Positions 8,759 through 17,924 of a stretch of DNA of 64,000 nt are shown here, in pieces. Source of the DNA: a virus (lineage: Duplodnaviria > Caudoviricetes); the IMG/VR virus record IMGVR_UViG_3300033121_002193, positions 71,486 through 135,485 of that record, one strand, 5' to 3'. Every line of letters starts with the position of its first letter. The stretch's first letter is position 1. The translations under genes and the position numbers were made by a program. Below the pieces are notes generated by a model that had not been told where the DNA came from, made no database searches, and saw only the letters and a list, made by a program, of their open reading frames with translations.

Positions 8759-9562
8759 ATGATTAAAATACCAGAAGAAAACAAACATTTTTCTAAAAAA
8801 TCTTTAGTACAAACATTAAAGAATACACAACCAATCCCATTTCCTGTTCCAAAAAAAAACAATATTCCTAAGACTTTTATATTAGCAATAGGAGTAGACG
8901 GTTTTGATAAGGAAAATCAATTATTTTTTGCAGCTAAAGACGCACAAGATTTTGCTGATAAAATCGCATTAAACAATTCAAGAAAACAAACTTTTAGTAT
9001 TGTATTAAAAAACAATTACGCGACTAATATAAGTATCATGTCTGCGTTTAAATGGATTGAACAAAGTGCAGAAGAACAAGATGATGTTCATATCTTATTT
9101 TCTGGACATGGCACTGTTGATTTTGCAACTTTAAGATATTATTTTTTGTCTTATTCTCCAAAACAAAAACTTACATCCGACAGTTTATTGTCTGATGTTT
9201 GGATATCCAGTCTAATTGGAAATATCAAAGGAAACGTTAGATTTTTTCTAGATAGTTGCTTTAGTAATAATTTCAATGACTATTTAATTAATTATCACCC
9301 TAAAATAAAATCACAACAATTATCTTCTTATTCTTCTTCTTTGTCTTGGAAAATGTCATACGAAAATATTCCGTTTAAAAATGGTTTTTTTACCAAATCT
9401 ATTTTAAATGCGTTAGATAGAAATCAATATATTTTCAAATATACTAAACAAACAGAAAAGCAATTAGGCCTAAGGCTTGATTGGAATCTTTTTGAATTAA
9501 GCAAAGGACTTCAAGGCTCTGGATTTTTTTATTGTACACAGCAACAACAAAAAATAAAATAA
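8759..9562 (+). CDS. caspase-like protease (peptidase C14)
   Basis: LAIGVD, KDAQDF, catalytic FSGHG and LDSCFS motifs. Confidence 0.88.
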   Translation: MIKIPEENKHFSKKSLVQTLKNTQPIPFPVPKKNNIPKTFILAIGVDGFDKENQLFFAAKDAQDFADKIALNNSRKQTFSIVLKNNYATNISIMSAFKWIEQSAEEQDDVHILFSGHGTVDFATLRYYFLSYSPKQKLTSDSLLSDVWISSLIGNIKGNVRFFLDSCFSNNFNDYLINYHPKIKSQQLSSYSSSLSWKMSYENIPFKNGFFTKSILNALDRNQYIFKYTKQTEKQLGLRLDWNLFELSKGLQGSGFFYCTQQQQKIK

Positions 9563-9572
9563 CATGTTTTAT

Positions 9573-9638
9573 TTGCAATGCAATTTTATGTGTGATATAC
9601 TTGTCTCATAAAACGCTGAAAAAAAAAGAGAGATAAAA
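9573..9638 (+). promoter_or_regulatory. partial sixth copy of the leader repeat with its own promoter
   Basis: TTGCAA...TGaTATACT, then aacgctgaaaaaaaaagagagataaaaATG identical to the 3' end of copy 1. Confidence 0.7.
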
Positions 9639-10247
9639 ATGAATTTAAAAAATATAATTACATTATTAATATTACTAACAAGCATTAATTGTAATGGTAT
9701 TTCAAAAATAAAATTAAAATACTATGATTCAAATTCTGAAAATGAACAGATGTTATTATTAGATAGCGCAAAGAAGTTTAATGCTCTTATCGGTTGTGAG
9801 GCAGTAACTTTAGAACATGTAGAAAAAACAAAAGAAGCGATTATTGGCAACGGAATTTCTGAAATTCAAATATTAGAATCAAATGTCATGAATATTTTGG
9901 CTGAAAAATCAGCGGCAGCATATGGAATAGACAAAGCAGCTGCAGTTACTTTTTTTGAAGATGATGATGTGTTTATCTCTAGACATAAATTAACGGATTG
10001 TTATTATGAAGACTTTGGACAGTGTGTTTATCTTAAAATAGACATTGTGTTTTTTCATGAAATTGGGCATGTATTTGGATTAATGCATAGTGAAAATGAA
10101 AGCGATATTATGAATAAAATACCGGCAAACAAACATTCTGCTAATGATTTTATTGATTTTATTAATCAGTTACAAACAAAAACAAATATTTGTGATAAAA
10201 AAATAAATACTAATACGTTTTTAACAATACAGAGAGATAAACAATGA
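9639..10247 (+). CDS. matrixin-like (metzincin) metalloprotease, probably exported or a lipoprotein
   Basis: HEIGHVFGLMH, Met-turn DIM, hydrophobic N-terminus ending in Cys. Confidence 0.85.
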   Translation: MNLKNIITLLILLTSINCNGISKIKLKYYDSNSENEQMLLLDSAKKFNALIGCEAVTLEHVEKTKEAIIGNGISEIQILESNVMNILAEKSAAAYGIDKAAAVTFFEDDDVFISRHKLTDCYYEDFGQCVYLKIDIVFFHEIGHVFGLMHSENESDIMNKIPANKHSANDFIDFINQLQTKTNICDKKINTNTFLTIQRDKQ

Positions 10248-10684
10248 AAATAACAAATGATGAAAAAACTTTAATAACTAAAGAAGAACAAACATGGCCA
10301 CCTGAATATTGTGAAGTATATCTTGTTGATGAAAACAATTATGGAACTATTTTTTTTCGTGAAGAAAAAACTATAATTATAAAAGAACACGATAAAGAAC
10401 AAAAAATACCAATTGATAATATCATCGGTCAATATTGGGTTCCGACTTGTGAAAAAAGAATCTCTGGGATATGGTATCTTACAAATGTTGATATTATCTT
10501 ACCTAGAAAAAACCTTTGGTTATATAGAAAACATTATAATGAAAAATATCCAACAAAAAAACAGCTGGCTGTTTATGATGAATGTTTAGCTGCATGGCTT
10601 ATTGGAAATTCAGAATATAATCACGGTGAACTTCAAGATGACTTTGATTATTATCAAATAGTACAAGAACCAAATGATCCTTAA
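10244..10684 (+). CDS. hypothetical protein
   Basis: 146-aa ORF coupled by ATGA overlap. Confidence 0.65.
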   Translation: MKITNDEKTLITKEEQTWPPEYCEVYLVDENNYGTIFFREEKTIIIKEHDKEQKIPIDNIIGQYWVPTCEKRISGIWYLTNVDIILPRKNLWLYRKHYNEKYPTKKQLAVYDECLAAWLIGNSEYNHGELQDDFDYYQIVQEPNDP

Positions 10685-10785
10685 TTAACAGCTGAATTAA
10701 TTAAATCAAAGGAAAATTATGCAATTAATATTAACAGAAACATTTTGGGATTTACATAGATTTAAACTAAAAGAACGCTATTACA

Positions 10786-11286
10786 TTGCTCGAGTTACAA
10801 AAGCTCATGTATTTTATGCAAGAGACGGGAGAGCCTTTGAAGCTCCACTTTAAAAAAGCGCTATATGGACCATATGCTGAAAACCTAAGGCATGTGCTCA
10901 ACTATATTGAAGGGCATTTTGTCAGTGGTTATCTTGATGGCGGCGATGATCCGACCAAGCCTTTAGAACTCAAGCCCAACGCTGTTCAAGAAGCGGAGCT
11001 TTACCTCAAAAATCACCCTGCAACCAATGAGCGGTTGGAACGGGTCACCCAGCTTATTCAAGGATTTGAGACGCCCTACGGAATGGAGCTATTGTCTACA
11101 GTTTATTGGATAGCCAAAGATAAAAATGTGTTGGATGCAGAACAGGTCGTTAATGAATTTCATAATTTGAACGAGCGTAAACGCATGTTTAGTAGCGAGC
11201 ATATTATGGTTACCCTAAAAACACTTCGTATTAAGCATTGGATAAAATCGTTATCAATTAAATTCGGAAGGAGAAGAAATTCATAA
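10786..11286 (+). CDS. DarG antitoxin C-terminal domain, truncated copy 1 (possibly a pseudogene)
   Basis: LQKLMYFMQETGEPLKL..KALYGPYAENLRHVL..IEGH...GFETPYGMELLSTVYW; TTG start only. Confidence 0.7.
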   Translation: MLELQKLMYFMQETGEPLKLHFKKALYGPYAENLRHVLNYIEGHFVSGYLDGGDDPTKPLELKPNAVQEAELYLKNHPATNERLERVTQLIQGFETPYGMELLSTVYWIAKDKNVLDAEQVVNEFHNLNERKRMFSSEHIMVTLKTLRIKHWIKSLSIKFGRRRNS

Positions 11287-11288
11287 AA

Positions 11289-11489
11289 ATGAAAATTTTA
11301 CTAGACATAAAACCTGCCAAAGACAATTACTGTGGAGATGGGAACGGTAATTTTTGTCCTTTTATGTTAAAAAGGAAATTTGGCACAATCCCATTCTGTT
11401 CCGTTTTCGATAAGGATTTGCCAATAACAAATAGAAAAATAACCAGGCTAGAAGAATGCGTTTGTTCCACAGCGAGTGGATTGTTATAA
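11289..11489 (+). CDS. small Cys-rich hypothetical protein
   Basis: 66-aa ORF with spaced cysteines. Confidence 0.6.
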   Translation: MKILLDIKPAKDNYCGDGNGNFCPFMLKRKFGTIPFCSVFDKDLPITNRKITRLEECVCSTASGLL

Positions 11490-11618
11490 AGAAAGTTAAT
11501 TTTATGCTATTAACAGAAATAAGAGACTACATTGCTTCAAATGCCGAGAATATTTTGTTCCACCCGTCAGATATGGTTGGGAATGAGATAAAATTTTAAT
11601 AATAAGAAGGGACTATAT

Positions 11619-12083
11619 ATGTATGTTGTTGAAGATTTAAATAAACTTGCGAGTTTGCTTGGTCGATTCAGGATTGACAGACTTACAGTATATCTAAATA
11701 AATATGATTTGTATGAAGCCCAGAAAAACATAGGCGATAAAATTGTATACCCTATTGTTGTATGGGGAAAAAATAATATTTTTACGACTGGAACTCTACA
11801 CATCAAAGGAGTAGAAGAACAAGACAATGAATCAATCTCCGACGGAGTTAGCTTTGATCATTTCATCCCTCTACCAAGTCTATGCTTAAATCCATCCAAT
11901 GAGCACCCCGATAGCGTAGAGTATAGGACAAAAACGACTATAAATGGAGTCCAATATTGTGCATCAACAATTTTGCCAACAGACTTCATCAAAAATGAGG
12001 GAGACATAAACGCCATCCGCCAAGTGCATAAAGAAAAAATATTAAAATCAGTTTTAGAAAAATCAAAAGATGGCTATACATAG
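11619..12083 (+). CDS. hypothetical protein
   Basis: 154-aa ORF with AAGGGA RBS. Confidence 0.65.
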   Translation: MYVVEDLNKLASLLGRFRIDRLTVYLNKYDLYEAQKNIGDKIVYPIVVWGKNNIFTTGTLHIKGVEEQDNESISDGVSFDHFIPLPSLCLNPSNEHPDSVEYRTKTTINGVQYCASTILPTDFIKNEGDINAIRQVHKEKILKSVLEKSKDGYT

Positions 12084-12223
12084 TATGCAATTTTATCGGT
12101 ATGGTTCTTGTTATGGTGTGAGTTTGGACATTATAAATTTATTAAGGCAATAGGAAGCAAGTGGGCGCCAATGCCAAAATTTCCAGCGAATGAACTAGAT
12201 TTAAAATGAGCTAAGTTTTTTAG

Positions 12224-12445
12224 ATGGACGGAGATCCCATGATGAAAAATAAAGAACACCAAAGCTTATGGACGGTGATAAAAAAATCAGGCCTATTTTC
12301 TCAGAACCCAGTTAGAATGACATATGAAATATCATATGAACAATTAATGATATTATGTGAAATACTGAATGGGCCTGGGAATAGAAAAACACTGCGAAGA
12401 AAAATAATAAAGATGTTTAGGCCAATAAAATGCGAAAAACAATAG
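12224..12445 (+). CDS. hypothetical protein
   Basis: 73-aa ORF; the start may be at the MM after GGAG. Confidence 0.55.
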   Translation: MDGDPMMKNKEHQSLWTVIKKSGLFSQNPVRMTYEISYEQLMILCEILNGPGNRKTLRRKIIKMFRPIKCEKQ

Positions 12446-12552
12446 GTGTGAAATGTGTACGCCTGTACCATTAGCGCCGATTGATTAGGCAACATTATGA
12501 TAGGGGATTAGATGAGAATGTTGAAAATTTTAACAACAAGAAGAGATTCCAT

Positions 12553-13173
12553 ATGTGTGTTGCTGAAGATTTAAATAAAGAGAATTTTGCCGAACGGCAG
12601 ATCCCGGAGATGACCATCGGCCACGCAGCACTAGTAATGCTAATGCGTCGTTATTTAAGCGCCTTGATGGATCCAACTATTACATTGCTCGAGTTACAAA
12701 AGCTCATGTATTTTATGCAAGAGACGGGAGAGCCTTTGAAGCTCCACTTTAAAAAAGCGCTATATGGACCATATGCTGAAAACCTAAGGCATGTGCTCAA
12801 CTATATTGAAGGGCATTTTGTCAGTGGTTATCTTGATGGCGGCGATGATCCGACCAAGCCTTTAGAACTCAAGCCCAACGCTGTTCAAGAAGCGGAGCTT
12901 TACCTCAAAAATCACCCTGCAACCAATGAGCGGTTGGAACGGGTCACCCAGCTTATTCAAGGATTTGAGACGCCCTACGGAATGGAGCTATTGTCTACAG
13001 TTTATTGGATAGCCAAAGATAAAAATGTGTTGGATGCAGAACAGGTCGTTAATGAATTTCATAATTTGAACGAGCGTAAACGTATGTTTAGTAGCGAGCA
13101 TATTATGGTTACCCTAAAAACACTTCGTATTAAGCATTGGATAAAACCAGTATTATGTAGCAGCTACACCTAA
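12553..13173 (+). CDS. DarG antitoxin C-terminal (toxin-binding) domain without macrodomain, copy 2
   Basis: IPEMTIGHAALVMLMRRYLSALMDPTITLLELQKLMYFMQ...; the ATG 12553 context is homologous to the start of 11619. Confidence 0.8.
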   Translation: MCVAEDLNKENFAERQIPEMTIGHAALVMLMRRYLSALMDPTITLLELQKLMYFMQETGEPLKLHFKKALYGPYAENLRHVLNYIEGHFVSGYLDGGDDPTKPLELKPNAVQEAELYLKNHPATNERLERVTQLIQGFETPYGMELLSTVYWIAKDKNVLDAEQVVNEFHNLNERKRMFSSEHIMVTLKTLRIKHWIKPVLCSSYT

Positions 13174-13429
13174 ATTTTACTTAGATTAATCTGATTAATT
13201 CCAATAATCATTTTCTTTATTTTTGCGTTAGTTTGATCGTCTTCTCCAAAAAAAGAAAATCCATTTTTTTGATACCAAGCTACGGAATCTATTTTGATAT
13301 GAACAACAATTCCAACACATCCGGATATAGTAGATTGTTCGTGAGCTTTATTGAAACTTAATTGAAGAAGTTTTTACCTACACCTTTTTTTTGATGATTG
13401 GTAATTACCGCAAATCTAGCAATTAAAAA
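13170..13429 (-). pseudogene. GNAT acetyltransferase (TA toxin-like) fragment
   Basis: LIARFAVITNHQKKGVGK/frameshift/LLQLSF..AHEQS..SGCVGIVVHIK..SVAWYQKNGF; 5' half missing. Confidence 0.7.
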
Positions 13430-13755
13430 TATTTAAAACTGACCCGCTATCCACTTTTCTTGTCATTGGAGGTACGCCCTGAATTCCGTGATTTATAGCA
13501 TTTTATATTGTCTTTGCCATTAACGATTTTAAGACATTTTGCAAAGCTTTAAGATAGGTATCATTTAAAGTAAAGATTAGGTTATAATTTAAGGTGCAGT
13601 TGTTATACAATACCGAAAAATCTTGTAGACATTTATGTATCATCTAACGAAAAGTGTGTTTAAACTTGTTTTTAATTATGTTGTTACAATAAAATACATG
13701 GCCCATATGTAAAAAAAACTACCACAAAAAATCAACTCATATAATGTTTCTTTTT

Positions 13756-14166
13756 TCATTTGTTTTTTCCTTTTTGTATTAATAATTTATTATCAGCTAT
13801 AAAATCACAAGCTGATAAAATTAAATATTGTCTACATATTTCATCTATTATGTTTTCTTTTTTATTTTTTATTTGCAAATAACACAAAAAATAACTATTG
13901 CAAGATAATAACATAAATTTTGTTTCCCATGTACACATTTTAATCCATGGTGTAAAAAAATTATTTTGTATTAAGTAATTATTAATATCTATTATAGTTT
14001 TGTCTGTTAAATTTTTACACTTAACATGATGCACAATAAAAGAAACAGCCATATCTAAAAACTGATCATGCATTTTTTGTAATTTTTTATCAGTTCGTAA
14101 AGACTTAATAAATAATAAGCTATTTTCGAAATTATTCTTTTTCATTTTTATTTTTCCTATTGACAA
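13756..14166 (-). CDS. hypothetical protein
   Basis: 136-aa ORF; start uncertain. Confidence 0.55.
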   Translation of the reverse strand: MSIGKIKMKKNNFENSLLFIKSLRTDKKLQKMHDQFLDMAVSFIVHHVKCKNLTDKTIIDINNYLIQNNFFTPWIKMCTWETKFMLLSCNSYFLCYLQIKNKKENIIDEICRQYLILSACDFIADNKLLIQKGKNK

Positions 14167-14205
14167 ATATTATTTTTTTAATAATTGTGATTTCTTTACT
14201 GGGTT

Positions 14206-14246
14206 AAAAGGGGCTCTTCACCCTCTCAAAGTGAGCCCCTTTTTTT
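14206..14246. terminator. GC-rich hairpin with U-tract (possibly bidirectional intrinsic terminator)
   Basis: aaaaggggctc-16 nt-gagccccttttttt. Confidence 0.75.
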
Positions 14247-14345
14247 ATTTCTATCCGATAAAAAATATTTGTCAAAAATAATGCATAAAAAAACTTATAA
14301 TATTTCTATTGTAAAATCTATCTTTTTTATGTTAGAAACACAAAA

Positions 14346-14534
14346 ATGAAAAAAGAACTCTACGGAATTTTGTTGTTTTTTTTATTTTCTATTGTTATAA
14401 CGATAGAACCATTTAATACAATTTTTAAAAAACTATTAATTCTTTTGATTTATATTTTGTTGCGCTTAACAAAAAGAATGCTTCTTTTTTTAGAAAAAGC
14501 ACTAAAATATTTAACGAAAAATGATAATCAATAA
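14346..14534 (+). CDS. small membrane protein
   Basis: Two hydrophobic stretches. Confidence 0.5.
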   Translation: MKKELYGILLFFLFSIVITIEPFNTIFKKLLILLIYILLRLTKRMLLFLEKALKYLTKNDNQ

Positions 14535-14729
14535 TATTAAAATCATTTGACTTTTATTTTAATTATGATAAATAGATTTTAGATGAGTTAAAAAAACGAT
14601 GAAAAAGTTTGAGAAAGGAGAATTGACGATGAAATACAAAAAGCTACATTTTTGATAAATTATTTTTTTCGCTGAAACACATAAAGTAAAAAAACAATAA
14701 ACAAGATAAAATTTAATGGAGATATTATT

Positions 14730-15995
14730 ATGACAATGATTGCTATTAACAGTTATGAACAACAAAATTACCCAATGCTTACTAGAAGTTTACGAAATGC
14801 AACTGTAGGGTTGTATCGAAAAACTTCAAAAACAAAACAAATAACTCTTAAAAAGAACAACAAGGAATCCTTTAATCAACAAGAACAACTTGAAATTGAA
14901 GATTATGACATTACATCTGTTCCTAATGATTTTAATGTTGCGACCATTTTTTCACAAATCGAAAAAGGAAGTTTAAAAATCCCCCCTTTTCAAAGAAATT
15001 ATGTTTGGGACATTAAAAGAGCAAGCAAATTAATAGAATCTATTTTAAGAGGTTTGCCTATTCCTCAAATATTTTTATACGAAACAGAAAAAAAGGAATA
15101 TTTAGTAATTGATGGACAACAAAGATTGATGTCTATTTATTATTTTATGAAAATGATGTTTCCTGTAAAAGAAAAAAGAGCGGAATTAAGAAAACAATGT
15201 GATTCAGGCCATGTTTCTGAAAAACTTTTACAAAACGATACTTACTTTAAAACATTTAAGCTAAAATTGCCTGATAATGTATTAGGAAAACCAAACAAAT
15301 TTAAAAATTTGACATATGAAACTTTAAGTGAAGTAGATAAAGAAACTTTTGAATTAAGTCCGATTCGTTGTGTTGTTATTAAACAAAACAAAATACATGC
15401 AGATGATTCGTGTGTATTTGAAATATTTCATAGACTTAATTCTGGTGGGATAAATTTACATCCACAAGAAATAAGAATGAGTTTATACTATTCTCGGTTT
15501 TTTGAAACATTAAACAACTTAAATAACCAACCTGAATGGAGACGTTTATTTTGCTTAGAAAACCCAGAATTTCACACAAAAGATATTGAAACAATTTTAC
15601 GCGGTTTTGCTTTGCTAGAATGGGAAGATAAATACACCCCTTCATTGATTAAATTTTTAAACAATTATAGCAAAAAAAGCCAATCAAACACCGATGAAGA
15701 AAATAATTATATGAAATGTTTGTTTTTATCTTTTTTGCAAGCAACAAAGAAATTGCCAAAAAACGCTTTTATACGCAATGATAAATTTAATTTAACTTTA
15801 TTTGAATCTGTTTTTGTTGCAACTTGCACCAATGCATTTAAAACAAAAACAATTGTCACTAACAGTATTGATTATGACAAGATTATGGAACTGTCAACTG
15901 ATTCTGTGTTTCTAGAGGCGGCACAAAAAAACACAACCTCTACTATAAATGTCAAAAAAAGAATTTTACGCGCAATCCAAATTTTAAATACCTAA
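14730..15995 (+). CDS. DUF262 (ParB/Srx-like, GmrS-type) protein
   Basis: IPPFQRNYVW, LIESI, IDGQQRL and EIFHRLNSGG motifs; no HNH/DUF1524 domain. Confidence 0.9.
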   Translation: MTMIAINSYEQQNYPMLTRSLRNATVGLYRKTSKTKQITLKKNNKESFNQQEQLEIEDYDITSVPNDFNVATIFSQIEKGSLKIPPFQRNYVWDIKRASKLIESILRGLPIPQIFLYETEKKEYLVIDGQQRLMSIYYFMKMMFPVKEKRAELRKQCDSGHVSEKLLQNDTYFKTFKLKLPDNVLGKPNKFKNLTYETLSEVDKETFELSPIRCVVIKQNKIHADDSCVFEIFHRLNSGGINLHPQEIRMSLYYSRFFETLNNLNNQPEWRRLFCLENPEFHTKDIETILRGFALLEWEDKYTPSLIKFLNNYSKKSQSNTDEENNYMKCLFLSFLQATKKLPKNAFIRNDKFNLTLFESVFVATCTNAFKTKTIVTNSIDYDKIMELSTDSVFLEAAQKNTTSTINVKKRILRAIQILNT

Positions 15996-16130
15996 GGGGT
16001 TGACTTTGAATTTTTCGTTATATAACACTTTTAATAGCAGTTAATAATCTTTAACAAAGGAGGATGTATAAAAACGTGTAAACCCAGGCACATTTTAAAG
16101 AAAAAAAAACAATCAAACGATGAGGGTGAA

Positions 16131-16379
16131 ATGCAAAAGATAGAATACAATGCGCTTCTTAGACATTATGATGATGAAGTAAATATAAAAATTAACAATT
16201 TTAATAATTTTTTAAAAGGACTGATAAAACTCAATTATCCGATTACAGGAATGTCTAACACATTGATGAAGCAATGCATTGATTTAGAAGAACGTTTGCT
16301 TTCAATGGCAAGCTTAGAACTAAATGAATCTGCAGACACAGATGAAACCAATAACAACGATAAAAATAAAAGAGATTAA
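16131..16379 (+). CDS. hypothetical protein
   Basis: 82-aa ORF with GAGGG RBS. Confidence 0.55.
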   Translation: MQKIEYNALLRHYDDEVNIKINNFNNFLKGLIKLNYPITGMSNTLMKQCIDLEERLLSMASLELNESADTDETNNNDKNKRD

Positions 16380-16436
16380 AGCTTTATAGATAGTTTATTA
16401 TTGACTTGTAATAAACTATCTAATAAATAGTTAATA

Positions 16437-16682
16437 ATGCCAGTATTTCAACTTGATTACTTTGTTGGAAAAAATAAAATTCAGCAAATAGTAAAGTATT
16501 ATCACGGCATGCAACATCCGTACAGGATTTTTACTTACATTAATCGATTTAATGCTGGATTTGCAAAACAAAAAGAAACATTAGAAGAATGTATTTGGAT
16601 TACCTTCAGCACGATTAATGATGCTCACACCGATTTATTTTGGGAAAAACCAAATTTCATGAAAATGCTAAAAATGCCATAA
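16437..16682 (+). CDS. hypothetical protein
   Basis: 81-aa ORF. Confidence 0.55.
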   Translation: MPVFQLDYFVGKNKIQQIVKYYHGMQHPYRIFTYINRFNAGFAKQKETLEECIWITFSTINDAHTDLFWEKPNFMKMLKMP

Positions 16683-16724
16683 AAATATTTAGCCTTATTT
16701 TAATATTTATGCTATATAACACTC

Positions 16725-17192
16725 ATGGCTTTTCAAATGTATTTTTTTGTTGAAAAATGCGTAAATGAAAAATGGATTTCTTGCGATTTATGGGAACAAG
16801 ATTTTTACTATAAAAATTGTTTTTTTGTTCCTGATAAATATTGTTTTATTAAACATAAAACCACAGAACTTGCTTCTATATTAACAGGATACAAAAATTT
16901 AATTGAACCAATTAAATACTCTTATGACATTCCAAAAAATGTTTGTTTTCCTGTAAAATTACTCATAGATTATGAGAAAAATTACGGTGGCGGATTCACT
17001 AAATGCCACAATTCTTACAATATTGATGAATTAGTTGAATTTTTTGAAAACAAAAAACATACTCAAAAAACAAAAAAATTCATTGATAGTCACTTGAAAG
17101 AGTTTACAAAAATAACTCTTAAGAAATTAAAACAAATTAAGAACAAAAAAGAAGTTTCAAATGTGCGTATCATTGTTTGGTTAGAAAATTAA
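16725..17192 (+). CDS. conserved phage hypothetical protein (paralog of 59832..60257)
   Basis: Shared pattern: L(T/S)GY...EPI.Y...P...H..(S)Y....E...RI(I/V). Confidence 0.65.
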   Translation: MAFQMYFFVEKCVNEKWISCDLWEQDFYYKNCFFVPDKYCFIKHKTTELASILTGYKNLIEPIKYSYDIPKNVCFPVKLLIDYEKNYGGGFTKCHNSYNIDELVEFFENKKHTQKTKKFIDSHLKEFTKITLKKLKQIKNKKEVSNVRIIVWLEN

Positions 17193-17497
17193 GGTTTTTT
17201 ACAAAAACTATCCAAGATTTGATTAGTTTTTTTGTCGACTATTTTACCATTTTTTTGCAATTCAGATGTAACTTTACAAAATTCATCTTTTGGTTTTCTA
17301 TATAACCCTGTGTTTTCATCTAAACATAGTTCATTTTTTGTTTGATAAGAATCATTTGAAAACAAATTTATTTGTCTTTCTAAGTTTAATTGCGCTTCAG
17401 TTTGATTGGTATTAATAAAATCAGTTGTTATATTTTTAAAATTCTCCATCCAAGAAACACACGTTTTATTTCCATTGATTGAATTTCCACACGACAT
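17189..17497 (-). CDS. hypothetical protein
   Basis: 102-aa ORF with AAGGA RBS. Confidence 0.65.
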   Translation of the reverse strand: MSCGNSINGNKTCVSWMENFKNITTDFINTNQTEAQLNLERQINLFSNDSYQTKNELCLDENTGLYRKPKDEFCKVTSELQKNGKIVDKKTNQILDSFCKKP

Positions 17498-17509
17498 AAT
17501 ATCATCCTT

Positions 17510-17866
17510 TCATAAATAAAAATAAATTTGTTTTTTAAACCCATCTATCTCGTTACAAAAAAAATCATAATCTATAATCAATTCTTCTTTGTTTTCTTTT
17601 TGTATTTTAAAACAACTATCTAATTCATTATTTGAATTATAAAAAAACTCAATGATTTTCCCATTGAAAAAATTTAACATGATTTTTTCTTGATTGTCAA
17701 AAAGAAAACAATAATCGTTTTGACTTGCAAAAGTTTCATTATTTAATTCTGTTTTTATAGAGATATTGTATTGTTGGTTTAATTTAATGTCTCCAAATTC
17801 AAAACTTTCCAACATCCCAATAATGGAAGTTCTTTTTACAATTTTTTTATTATCAATATTTGACAT
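17510..17866 (-). CDS. hypothetical protein
   Basis: 118-aa ORF with AAGGAG RBS. Confidence 0.7.
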   Translation of the reverse strand: MSNIDNKKIVKRTSIIGMLESFEFGDIKLNQQYNISIKTELNNETFASQNDYCFLFDNQEKIMLNFFNGKIIEFFYNSNNELDSCFKIQKENKEELIIDYDFFCNEIDGFKKQIYFYL

Positions 17867-17924
17867 ATACTCCTTTTTAAATTATTAAGTTATTAGCTGA
17901 AATAAAATTGGAGAAAAAAAAATA

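Larger units (their letters stand above)
10778..13146 (+). repeat. 470-bp direct repeat (10778-11247 and 12677-13146)
   Basis: Identical by eye except one synonymous change (cgc/cgt at 11184/13083). Confidence 0.95.

Noticed and set aside
13432-13490. Possible IS terminal inverted repeat (tttaaaactgaccc) at the GNAT truncation point
   Set aside because: Only a short resemblance to IS21-like ends, with no partner end or transposase; not supportable.
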